Assembly (NCBI GenBank): GCA_025558095.1 | Contig: JAIVFI010000032.1 | Coordinates: forward strand, 1-64,000 | DNA length: 64,000 nt | Direction of reading: 5' to 3' | Origin: Hyaloraphidium curvatum SAG 235-1 | Lineage: Eukaryota; Fungi; Monoblepharomycota | Shown: one piece after another, positions 22,231 to 32,482 of the stretch | How positions within the stretch are numbered: the first letter of the stretch is position 1 | Layout of the letters: each line of letters begins with the position of its first letter | Program-made: the position numbers and the translations under genes | Notes under the pieces: model-generated | Database searches by the model: none | What the model saw: only the letters and a program-made list of their open reading frames with translations | What the model was told of the DNA's origin: nothing

Positions 22231-23383
22231 ATGCCGGCTTATTCCGAGATCAAAAACTTCAAGCTGGGCGACTTTGCCCTCGAGGACGGGTCCGCCACCC
22301 TCAAGGACGCGTTCCTGGGCTACAAGACGATCGGCGACGTCGCCACGGCCTCCAAAGGCACGAATCGCCTCGCTGGCGTCTAGATGGGCCTGCTGACGCG
22401 TCTTTTTCCTACCAGTAATCGTCGTCCCAACGCACTACTCGGGCACCATCGACGAGACCGCGTGGTTCGCCGTCCCCCTCTCGGAACACCCCGACACCGC
22501 GGTTCTCTGCATCGCCATGTTCGGCTCCGGCGAATCTTCCTCACCCAGCAACACCCCCGCCCCCCACGACGGTCCGCGTTTCCCCCGGGTCACGCTGCGG
22601 GACAACGTGCGCGCGCAGAAGGCCCTCCTTGACTCTCTCCACCCAGGCGCCGTCGTCGACGTGGTCGGGTGGTCCATGGGCGCGGGGCAGTGCTGGCACT
22701 GGGCCGCCATGTTTCCCGACGCGGTGCAGTCGATCGTGCCGATGTGCGGGTCGGCCAAGACCTCGCCGCACAACTGGACCTTCCTCGAGGGCGTCAGGCT
22801 GAGCCTGCTCGCGGATCCCAAGTTCGAGGGCGGGGACTACGCCAAGGCCGGCGTGTACCCCGAGGACGGCATGAGGGCGTTCGGGACGACGTACGCGAGC
22901 TACGTGTGCAGCCAGGCGTGGTACCGCAAGCAGCGCTGGACCGAGATCGGGATCGGGAGCCTGAACTCGTTCATCAACGACGTGGTCGTTGCGCTCTTCA
23001 GGAGCAGGGATGCCAACAACCTGCTGCTCCAGCTTCACTCGTGGCAGACCAGCGACGTGGCCGCCGGCGGGTCGGTCGAGGAGGCGCTGCAGAAGATCAA
23101 GGCGCGCTGCCTGATCATGCCCTGCGACACGGACATGTACTTCCCGCCCGAGGACTGCTTCACCGTTGGTGTTCGTTGGCTGCGGGTCGCCTTCCCGATC
23201 TCACCTCCCTCACACTCACAGGAGGAGGCCCAGATCGGCGACAAATCCCGTGCCCGCTGCCTCCCCATCGTCAGCGAGTGGGGCCACATGGCCGGCGGTG
23301 GCTACTCTGCCGCGGACGTCCCATGGATCCTGGGCAAGATCAAGGCGTTCCTGTTTGAGGATGCGGACCTCGCCAGCCTGTAG
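22231..23383 (+). CDS. Homoserine O-acetyltransferase-like alpha/beta hydrolase, copy 1
   Basis: LGDFALEDG...LGYKTIG, MFGSGESSSPSN, DNVRAQ, GWSMG nucleophile elbow, DMYFPP, WGH; introns 22358-22415 (GC donor) and about 23165-23221. Confidence 0.85.
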
Positions 23384-23561
23384 TAGGGGGCCGGGGCATG
23401 CCGCTCGCCAGGCAGTGGAAGTACGGTTGTACATGCTCTGCAGAATGCTATGTTTCAATTCAACATTCAAGCGCGACGACCAATACCACTACGTTGAGCT
23501 CGGAGCTGCCATGTGGGAGCAGCTGCCTTCGGACATCGGGCGTGCCCGCAGCCCGCAGCCC

Positions 23562-25100
23562 TCACGCCGCCGGCACCGGACACACCGTCTCCATCGTGAA
23601 CCCCACCCCCGCGGCCCTCAAGATCGTCCACAGCGCCGCCAGCGCCGTCGCCATTGTCGCCAGCACCGTCCTCACGGTCCCGAACCCGACCGCGGACCCC
23701 CACATGCGGGTCTTGGCGGCGTCGATCTCGAGGAAGGACGAGAGCAGCGCCTCGTGCGCGCGGAGGCCGGCCATGGCGGCGGATTGGGCGGGGGAAGGGG
23801 AGGCGCGGAGGGAGGAGACGGCGAGGAGGCGCAGATCCCGCCGGGCGGAGGAATAGAGGCGGGCCAGGTCGTTGACCTGGTCGTTGCTCGTGGCGATGTT
23901 GACGAGGTCCGTGAGGACAAAGTGCACGAGGAAGAGGAAGTTGAAAATGGCCGCGAAGGGGATGCAATAGCCCCCGAGGATGTTGGAGACGGCCATGGTG
24001 CCGGGCATGAGGAACGCCATCGTGGCGAACGCCGGGGCGATGCCGACGAAGAGGTCGTACCGCCGCGCCCAGCTGCCCGCGATGGCCAGGTGGAGCTGCT
24101 GGTACGGCTCGTCGCCCAGCAGCTGCGCGGGCTCGTCAAAGTCCGAAGAAGTGAGCGCGGTACGGTACCGTGCTACGAGGTTGGCCAGGGCCGACCGCAT
24201 CGCGCGGCGCACGACGCGCCGCGAGAGGTCCAGGGAGGCGAGGTTGCCCGGGTAGCGGAGAAGGTTGTTGACACCGTACCACGCGATCGACGAGGCGACC
24301 GAGAGAGAGAAGAGGAGGGGACCCCACCACGAGGCGAAGAAGGGGCCGCGAAAGGTGATGACCGAGGTCCAGGCGACGAAGAGGTCGATGACGAGGGTGC
24401 CGGAGATCGTGCGGACGGAAAGCTCCAGCAGGTGGAGGCGGCCCGCGAGGACTGGGATGCCGCCAGAGCACCCGGGCCGCGGGCAGGGGCACAGGGTGTC
24501 CGAGGGGTCGTGCTCGAGCAGGCCCGCGGTGACTGCGGCCGGGTCGGGCGCGCCGTCCTCGGCGACCGCGGGCGTCCGCACGAGCTGCAGCCACCTCGCG
24601 ATCCCGGCCCAGATGTGGCTGCTCGCGTCCTGTTTGCCACCCCCGTCACCCAGGCCCCGCGGCCTCCGCACGGCGGGGTAGAATGTCGGGCCCAAGAAAG
24701 TCGCGAAGACCATCCCGAAGGCAAGGACGAGGCCGACCGTGCCCAGGGCCAGTTGCCGCTCGCCAAACCGGCCGTCGTTGAAGACGTACGCGCCCGCGGC
24801 GAAGCACGGCGCGAGGAAGAGGCCCATCGCGCCGCGGGGCACGGCCAATTTGGCGAGAGGGGCAAAGGCAAACTGCATCCGCGTGAGGAGCAGCGTCGGT
24901 CCCGTCCCTTTCAGCTCGTGGAGCAGCGCCACCCGCGTTAGCGGCCTCTCTGCGCGAAGTTCCGCCGCGGGGTCGGCCGAAGCGGCCTCGCCGAGGTCGT
25001 CCGCCGTCGAGAGCGGGGCGGGCACAATGGCGATCCATTCCGCGGCGCTGAAGGCGATCCGCGGGGGCAGGACGCCCGGCGACGCGTGCGTTCCGTCCAT
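23562..25100 (-). CDS. 7-TM protein, GR/OR-like 7TM ion-channel family (member 1)
   Basis: Intronless 512 aa; FSAAEW, ARWLQL, HDPSDTLCPCPRPGC, GYCIP, TRMWGSAVGFGTVRTVLATMAT; seven hydrophobic segments; paralog of 37376, 42728 and 44658. Confidence 0.7.
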   Translation of the reverse strand: MDGTHASPGVLPPRIAFSAAEWIAIVPAPLSTADDLGEAASADPAAELRAERPLTRVALLHELKGTGPTLLLTRMQFAFAPLAKLAVPRGAMGLFLAPCFAAGAYVFNDGRFGERQLALGTVGLVLAFGMVFATFLGPTFYPAVRRPRGLGDGGGKQDASSHIWAGIARWLQLVRTPAVAEDGAPDPAAVTAGLLEHDPSDTLCPCPRPGCSGGIPVLAGRLHLLELSVRTISGTLVIDLFVAWTSVITFRGPFFASWWGPLLFSLSVASSIAWYGVNNLLRYPGNLASLDLSRRVVRRAMRSALANLVARYRTALTSSDFDEPAQLLGDEPYQQLHLAIAGSWARRYDLFVGIAPAFATMAFLMPGTMAVSNILGGYCIPFAAIFNFLFLVHFVLTDLVNIATSNDQVNDLARLYSSARRDLRLLAVSSLRASPSPAQSAAMAGLRAHEALLSSFLEIDAAKTRMWGSAVGFGTVRTVLATMATALAALWTILRAAGVGFTMETVCPVPAA

Positions 25101-25368
25101 CCTCGGCACAGGCAGCACTTCCGCTTCCTCCTCGCCGGGCAAGCGGGCAGCTTTGGGAGACAAACAAAGGTGGAAATGGCGTCGGGAGGCGGCCACGCCG
25201 CGCCGCCCGAACCTCACGCGACCAGCCGGGACTACGTCAGAAAACGTGGAAGCCAGATGAACACCGCTAAATCATGTTCAAGTTGTTCGATAAATCATCA
25301 ATCCGGACCGAGAGGGCGGGACTTCCATGTGTCCCTCAGAGGCCCCGCGTCCCATCATCGTCCCGCGG

Positions 25369-26208
25369 CTAGGCATCATCCGGCTCCCGATCCACCCCTA
25401 TCTTCCACGCGTACTCCTCAAACATCTCCTCCGGGGTCATCCCCAACCACGGCGGGTACTGCATGAGCACCTGCATGCCCAGCTCCGCGATCGTGCCGGC
25501 CTCGTTGGCATGCGGGAACGGCACGTCCGGGACCGGTTTGCCAAGGAAGCGGCACAGGGGCTCCCAACCTTCCTGGGGTCGGAAGACGAGCAGCTGCGAG
25601 GGAGGGACGGCGGACTTGACACGCTGGATGTGGTTGAGGTGGGCCTGGATGGCTCGGGCCTGGCGGGATCGGTGCGGGGTCAGTGCCGAAAACGGGGCCG
25701 GGCGGTGCCGAAATCCCACCTTGTTCATCTTCCCGCCCTTGTCGAGCTTGAACAGCCTGCCCACGCTGTTCCCGCCGTGGTCGAACGCCGTGATGGGGTG
25801 GTCCGGCACCGCCTTCCACGCGTCCCGCTGCAGCCGCCACGTGTTTATCGGCGCGATCCCGTTCGCGTAGGATTTCCACCACGAGTCCATGTCGTCGCGC
25901 ACGGTCAGGATGACCTTGGCGTGGGGCAGCTGCGCCCACGCGTCCTCGAACGCGAAGCCCATGTCCACGAGGGCATCGTACCCCTCGAACGCGCCGAAAT
26001 CGATGTGCTTCCCCGCCGCGGCGGCCGTGAGCAGCTCCTGGTTGTGCGGGTACGTCTGGCCGAATTCGCCCAGCCCGGGGACGACGGTGCCCGGCGGGAA
26101 GCACGCGGTGTAGCTGTGGTGCGATCTGAAGCCCAGGATCTCGAGGGCTACGTGGAGGGAGAGCGTGCCGGTGCGGTGAAATCCCGCTCCGAGGATCGTG
26201 AGGGGCAT
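25369..26208 (-). CDS. P-loop sulfotransferase-like protein (Sulfotransfer_4 type)
   Basis: ILGAGFHRTGTLSLHVALEILG, AKVILTVRD..SWWKS, LLVF...EGWEPLCRFLGKPVPDVPFPHAN; one in-frame intron at about 25660-25719. Confidence 0.88.
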   Translation of the reverse strand: MPLTILGAGFHRTGTLSLHVALEILGFRSHHSYTACFPPGTVVPGLGEFGQTYPHNQELLTAAAAGKHIDFGAFEGYDALVDMGFAFEDAWAQLPHAKVILTVRDDMDSWWKSYANGIAPINTWRLQRDAWKAVPDHPITAFDHGGNSVGRLFKLDKGGKMNKVGFRHRPAPFSALTPHRSRQARAIQAHLNHIQRVKSAVPPSQLLVFRPQEGWEPLCRFLGKPVPDVPFPHANEAGTIAELGMQVLMQYPPWLGMTPEEMFEEYAWKIGVDREPDDA

Positions 26209-26536
26209 TCTGGCGTTGCACGGGCCAAGGGGAACGGCGTTGGGGACCTGTGTCCCCCACGAAGCGCGGAACATTCTCCGAACCCCTCGGCGGAAGCTCC
26301 AGATTCCCCCCCGAAGCTTCTAAAGCGCGTTCTAGGTTATCAAGATACTATTCTGTCGATGGATAATTGTGGAGGAATCCGCGGGCAGGACCCCCCCCGG
26401 TGGATGGGGGACACTCCCTTTCTCCATACACGGCAATACCCATTCACGCGTGTAGGACTTGACCTTCGAAACTGCGCCTTCTGTGCTCGGCTGGGCCCCC
26501 GCCTTCCAGGCGCGACCTGTTTCCGCACCTGCAACC

Positions 26537-27687
26537 ATGCCGCCCTACTCCGAGCTCCAGACTTTCAAGCTGGGCGACTTTACTGTCGAGGACGGGTCCG
26601 CGACCTTGAAGGACGCTTTTCTGGGCTTCAAGACCATCGGCAACGTTGCTACTGCTTCCAAAGGTGGGACCCGCCGTTCAGACGCATCCTGGAGCATCCT
26701 GACGCGTCGCGTGGCCGCCAGTCATCGTCGTTCCCACGGCCTACTCGGGCACCACCGACGCCACCGCGTGGATCGCCGTCCCCCTCTCCGAGCAGCCCGA
26801 CACCGCCATCCTCTGCATCGCCATGTTCGGCTCCGGCGAATCCTCGTCCCCCAGCAACACCCCCTCGCCGCACGACGGCCCGCGCTTCCCCCGCGTCACA
26901 TTGCGCGACAACGTGCGGGCGCAGAAGGCGCTCCTGGACTCGCTGCGCCCTGTCGCGGTCGTGGACGTGGTCGACTGGTCGATGGGCGCGGGGCAGTGCT
27001 GGCACTGGGCCGCCCTGTACCCCGACGCCGTCCGCTCGATCGTGCCGCTGTGCGGGTCGGCCAAGACGTCGCCGCACAACTGGACCTTCCTCGAGGGCGT
27101 CAGGCTGAGCCTGCTCGCGGATCCCAAGTTCGAGGGCGGGGACTACGCCAAGGCCGGCGTGTACCCCGAGGACGGGATGAAGGCGTTCGGCACCGTGTAC
27201 GCGAGCTACGTCGTCAGCCAGGCGTGGTACCGCAAGCAGCGCTGGACCGAGATCGGGATCGCGAGCCTGGGGTCGTTCATCAACGATGCGATCGTGCCCC
27301 TGTTCAGGAGCAGGGACGCCAACGACTTGCTGCTGCAGCTGCATTCGTGGCAGACGAGCGACGTCTCGGCGGGGGGTTCGGTGGAGGAGGCGCTGAAGAA
27401 GATCAAGGCAAGGTGTCTGATCATGCCTTGCGACACGGACATGTACTTCCCGCCCGAGGACTGCTTCATCGTGGGTTGCCATCCGCCTCCGCAGCTTTGG
27501 ATCCTGACCGCCCTCGCCCCCGCAGGAGGAAGCCTACATCGGCGACAAGTCGCGAGCGCGGTGCGTCCCCATCGTCAGCGAGTGGGGCCACATGGCCGCC
27601 AGCGGGTTCTCGCCCGCCGACACGGCGTGGATTTTGGAGAAGGTGAAGGCGTTCCTGTTCGAGGGCGCTGCTCTCGCGAACCTGTAG
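26537..27687 (+). CDS. Homoserine O-acetyltransferase-like alpha/beta hydrolase, copy 2
   Basis: Close paralog of 22231-23383 with the same two intron positions; nucleophile elbow reads DWSMG. Confidence 0.85.
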
Positions 27688-28089
27688 CAGGGTGTGTGTC
27701 TTTGGCAGGGGGTGGATCTTCGACGGCACGGATGGGCGGTGTGTGTACCTTCTTCGCACAACGTGAGCTTTGGTCGGATGCGTAGGGAGGGTGGTGAGCA
27801 CGTGCAGTCGCCGCTCGTCCGCGTACGCTGGAACAGCGCACCCTAAGGCGAACGAGGCCGCGCCATTAAAGCACGCAGTGGCCGGGGGAGGATCCGAACG
27901 CTGTCGGGTGGCGGCAGATGCAGCCGGGGAGGGGGTGGTGAGCCCGGGCTGGGCCCATCAATGAATCGTAGTTCAAGAATTGTCGTTTCCCACCAATTGC
28001 ATTGAATTCCAACTCTTCGCCCGATCGCGGCCGACGGAGAAAGGGGCCCTCGGGGGATCGGCGCCGCAGCTGGACCCCGACCCGCAACA

Positions 28090-29158
28090 ATGCCTCCCCT
28101 TTCGAGCCGGCCCGTGCGGCTCCTCCTCCTCGCGGCCCTATGCGCCGCGCTGCTCCTCCTCCTCTCCGCCCCGCCCGCGGCGGCTGACGCCCCCGCGGCG
28201 TCGATGGAGCCCGACGTATTCGCCAACCTCGAGCACGCGGACTCGCAGGCCCCGGGCGACGCCGGCGCCTTTGCCGCGCAGGAAAAAGCGGCGCCGACGC
28301 AGCCGGGAAGGCCGAGGAAGAGGTCGCTCGCGGCGTTTTTGCTATCTCCTTTCCGGTCGCTGCTGAACGCCGCGGAGAGGGCGCTCTTCGGGCTCGCGGA
28401 CGACGTCTACGACGAGATAGTGGAGTTCGTCACGTTCCCCTTTGTGTGGATATACCAGCACACCATCGGCTTCGCGACGAGGGAGATCAAGGAGGCCGTC
28501 GACGCCCTGGTCGACTGTGGGACTCCGTCCTTGCACCGTGCGCCCGTCTCCTCCGCTAACCCCCGTGCAACCGGATCCCAGTCATCCTCTACCCCTTCCG
28601 CGCCATCTCCTCCGCCATCCGCGCGGCCTTCCGCGCCCTGCACGCGTTCCTCACCTGGCCCTTCCGCAAGCTGTGGGAGCTCCTCACGGCCCCGTTCAGG
28701 GCCGTCGCCGCCTTCTTCGCGCGGATCTGGGCGACCATCCGGAACGTCCTCTCGGCGCCGTTCAAGCTCGTGGGTTCGGCCTTCGCTCCCGCCGCCGTCG
28801 CGGACCGGCTGACCGCCCGCCGCCGCAGCTCTACGCGGTCTTCGTCGCACCCTTCCTCGCACTCTTCCGCCTGATCGCCGCCCCTTTCGTTCTCGGCAAG
28901 GATTTCCTCGAGGACCTCGTGGAGGGCATCGGTCACGTGCTCATGCCGATCTGGTTCGCCGGTCTGTGCCCCTCCGCCGCGTCGATTCCCTTCCGAATAG
29001 GAAGCTGACCACCTCGTTTGACAGCCGTCGCCGTCGGTCTCGGGTACATCTACTTCCGGGTGCCGTACCCGCTGAACTGGCTCTCGATCGGGGGAGTGTT
29101 TGCCGCCGCGGGGGCGCTGCTGTGGAGCGCGGCCGAGTTCGAGCCTGGGCAGCACTGA
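28090..29158 (+). CDS. Signal-peptide protein with amphipathic PF-containing 11-mer repeats
   Basis: Signal LLLLAALCAALLLLL; spliced product contains TWPFRKLWELL-TAPFRAVAAFF, SAPFKL, VAPFLALFRLI-AAPFVLG; three short introns; hydrophobic C-terminus. Confidence 0.6.
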
Positions 29159-29361
29159 GCGTCCCGACAGGGATCGGGGGGGTGTTTGTGCGGATGTAAA
29201 TGGGAATGCAGGTCGCGTGGAGCTGGATCGTCGGCGTCTTTTGCGATCCGGATGCAGGTGGACGTGGAGCGGGCGTAGTCTGTCGCCACGCGGTAACAAG
29301 GCAATCCTACGCTGCCCCCGGCCCACGCCAACATCCGCATCCGCACGCACGGCGCCGGGGC

Positions 29362-31101
29362 TCACGACCTGAACCTCCAGATCTCCTCCGCGTCCTCCCA
29401 CGCCAGGAACCAAGGGCTCGTGTACGCCGGGTTCTCGAACACCGTCGCCTTGCCCGGCGGGTTGCACCGCAGCGCGTCCTCGTTCCCGGCCTTCTGGCAC
29501 ACGTCCCAGCCCCGGCACATCTTGGTGTCCACGGAGCACGCGAGGGCCTCGGATGTGCGGTGGGTCACGCGCGAGTGCTCGTTGGCGTTGTTGTGCGCGC
29601 GCCTTTGCCGGGCGGGGATCAGCGTTGATCGGGCGGCGCGGAGAACGGGGGGGCTCACCAGAACCACTTCGCGATCCCCAGCCTCGTGCCCGCATCGTCC
29701 GGCCCCGTCCCGCGGGAGGGCGGCCCGTACGCGTCCACGAGCTCGCCAAAGTTCCAGCGGCAGAAGATGCAGCTGTGCGTCTGCTTGACGAGGAAGGCGA
29801 GGCCGTCGACGGCGCGGAGCTGCGCAGGGTTGGGAATCTCGGGGGCGTTGTGGGCGAGGGTGTGGAAGATGGTCCCTGGGGGGCTGGTCAGACCGGCGGG
29901 GACGTGGCGGCGACGTACAAGGAACGCCCACATAGGTAGATGTAGTTCATGGCGGTGCTGATGAAGGGGGCCTGCAGCGCCCCGAGGGGGAAAGACGTGC
30001 ACTCGGTGCGCGCACACGGGGTGCCAGCAGGGGCTGGGCACGTGCCGTCGGCGTCGAAGCAGATCGGGAAGGGCCACAGCTGCTTGAGGAGATCGTCTGT
30101 CCGCACGGACCGCCGATCAGCCGGGCAAGAAGCAACGCAACGAGGGTGCGAACCCACTCCCGGCGCGCCAGAGCCCCGCCTGGCTCCCCCCGTAGAAGCT
30201 CACGATCCCCGCGCCGTTCGGCACCGGCACCGCCTCCATCGCGCTCTGGTTGTTGGTCACCTCGTTCATCCCGTTCTGCGAAACCAGGTAGCGCCCCGAG
30301 AACTCGAGCTCGGTCCGGTTGGGCGGCCTCCCCGCGGCCGAGGGGCACCACATGCCCGAGCCGGGGAGCGTGGCGGTGTTGGTGGGATCGAACGCCGGGG
30401 ACTCCCAGCCTTTGAACGAGTTGGTGTAGCACATGTTCCGGGGGCGGCGCTGCACGCAGGTCGGGGGGAGCACGTGGACGGTGTCGCCCGTGCAGAGGAG
30501 CGAGGCGGGGTCGCAGAAGGTGCCGCGCTTGAAGTAGTGGCCGTCCTCCTGGATGGGGTGGAAGGCGGGGCCGGAGAAGGCGGGGGTGCAGGACTGGCCC
30601 TCTTGCGCGTACGCTTGGCAACGACCGCGGTTCATGAAGTTGTCCGAGAAGGGGCGCCAGTTGTCCCGCACGTCGACGAGGCAGAACATCCCGTCGGGAC
30701 AGACGTAAGGCTTGTTGGGCTGCAGGAACGGATCCTCCGAGTTGGCCTTGTACGTGGGCGCCCCCGGCGCGGAGCCCAGCGCGCCGAAGCAGTCCGTGGC
30801 TCTTTCATCGCCCCGCAAGGGGTTCATCGCCCCGCAAGGGGAGGGTCAGATGGGATGGCGAGGTGTTCGACAGCGCGCCCCACAGGGAGTACTTGTACCC
30901 CGCCGCCGCCGGACTCTGCCGCCTGCCGAGCCTCCTGCGCGATGCGGCGTCCAGCAGCGCCTCGTCGACGAGCGGCGGGCGCGCCGAGTCCTCGCGCGCC
31001 GAGTCGGGCTCGCCGAGGATCACATCGTGGCCGTTCAGCAGCGCGGCGTGCGCGGCGTGGGCCGCGAGGAGGGCGCCGGCCAGCGCGGTCGGGAGGCGCA
31101 T
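29362..31101 (-). CDS. Secreted Cys-rich protein with C-terminal Erv1/ALR FAD sulfhydryl oxidase domain
   Basis: Signal MRLPTALAGALLAAHAAHA; after splicing reads LWTIFHTLA...HSCIFCRWNF...KWFWRAHNNAN (W-x3-H, CxxC, W-x3/4-HN-x2-N); about four introns. Confidence 0.75.
30804..30841. repeat. 19-bp perfect tandem duplication
   Basis: ttcatcgccccgcaagggg occurs twice in tandem. Confidence 0.9.
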
Positions 31102-31352
31102 GTCGGCAAACGTCCCTTGGGGGAGCACGGGGGCGGAGATGGGATGGGGGATGCCGAGGCGGAAAATCGGTTCAACTGTCCTTGTTCCTTCCTCCAAGCC
31201 GCAGCAAGTGGGGACGGAGGGTCTTCCTCCAATGCCGAAGGAAGACAGCGGCATTAGAAACAGCGGATCCATCCATCCCGTTTGATCGACCGCGTCATCC
31301 GGCGCGGGCGGGATGAGCGGCCGCCTCGCCTCATCTTGACGTCAACATCGCG

Positions 31353-32264
31353 ATGGCCCCGAAGCGACGCGGGCGCGTTCCCGCCGCGGACTCTGACGGC
31401 GACGACGACGTCGAACCGCAGAAGGACGCGAAGCCGACGAAACGCGCGCGCCACACCGCGCCCGCCGCCGGACCGTCTCCCACCGCCGCCACCCCGGCCG
31501 CCACCCCGCGCCCTGTCTCGATCCCCTTCGACAAACCGATCGCCGCCCGTCTTCACGGCCCCCCTTCCCCGAAATCCCTCGTCGTCGTCTCCCACGGCGC
31601 AGGCGGCTCCCACGACTCGCCCGACATCGCCTCGCTCTCCGCCGCCCTCGCCGCCGCGATGCCCGACCGCGGGGTGCTCGCGTGGGCGGGCACCACGATG
31701 AACCTCGCGCACAGGGCGAGGGAGCTGGGCGCCGTGGTCGAATGGGCCAGGAAGGAGTTCAAGCTGGAGTCCATCTATTTGGTCGGGAGGTCGATGGGAT
31801 GCCGTGCCTCTGCCAAGTACGCGCTGGAGGACGCCGAAATGCTGGTCAAGGGGCTGGCGTTCCTCTCGTACCCGCTCGTCGCCGGCGGCCGCGGTGCCGC
31901 GCCCGAACCAGCGGACAAGAAGGCCAAGGGCAAGCCCGGGAAGAAGGACGACCGCGCCTCCCTCCTCTCCGACCTCGCCCGCACGCGCCCCGACGTCCCG
32001 CTGCTCTTCTTCCGCGGCACCGCGGACCCTATGCTCCCCTCGGCCGCCCTCTCTGCCGCCCTCCGCGACGCCTTCGCGATCTCCGAATTGGACATTTCCC
32101 TGGCCGCGTGCCAAGGCGCGGACCACGGGCTCAAGGTCAAAGGGAAAGGGGCCAAAGAGAGGAGCGAGGGGCTGGAGAAGGCGGTGGTGGAGAAGATCGT
32201 GGCGTGGATCGCGGTTGGGCGGGTGGCGGGAAAGGGGGCCAGGGAGGAGGAGCTTTCGTTCTAG
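31353..32264 (+). CDS. KANL3/Tex30-like alpha/beta hydrolase
   Basis: HGAGG, VGRSMG.R, LSYPL, FFRGTADP, ADHGL; intronless. Confidence 0.8.
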   Translation: MAPKRRGRVPAADSDGDDDVEPQKDAKPTKRARHTAPAAGPSPTAATPAATPRPVSIPFDKPIAARLHGPPSPKSLVVVSHGAGGSHDSPDIASLSAALAAAMPDRGVLAWAGTTMNLAHRARELGAVVEWARKEFKLESIYLVGRSMGCRASAKYALEDAEMLVKGLAFLSYPLVAGGRGAAPEPADKKAKGKPGKKDDRASLLSDLARTRPDVPLLFFRGTADPMLPSAALSAALRDAFAISELDISLAACQGADHGLKVKGKGAKERSEGLEKAVVEKIVAWIAVGRVAGKGAREEELSF

Positions 32265-32327
32265 GTCGGTGCGGGAGCGGTATCGTGGTCACCGTCTAGT
32301 GTCCCTGATGACGACGGTCAACCACCA

Positions 32328-32365
32328 TTGGCCCATCACCGCCCACCCCTCGGCGCGCACGAGGC
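32328..32365 (-). repeat. 38-bp inverted copy of 36891-36928
   Basis: ttggcccatcaccgcccacccctcggcgcgcacgaggc is the reverse complement of gcctcgtgcgcgccgaggggtgggcagtgatgggccaa, with one mismatch. Confidence 0.8.
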
Positions 32366-32482
32366 GTTCGAAAAGCCAAGTGACGGACTGTAGGCGTCTT
32401 CAGATCAGTGGACAGCTCACCCGACGACATCTACAGCAGCTTCAGAGACACAGATCAAAACGAAGCTCAAGCCCACGTCCCT

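Noticed and set aside
26380-26415. C8/G6 stem-loop (ggaccccccccggtggatgggggga) between divergent genes
   Set aside because: Short homopolymer pairing is expected by chance in GC-rich DNA; single occurrence.
23166-27108. 591-aa and 593-aa plus-strand ORFs
   Set aside because: Antisense or off-frame to the 7-TM, sulfotransferase-like and hydrolase genes.
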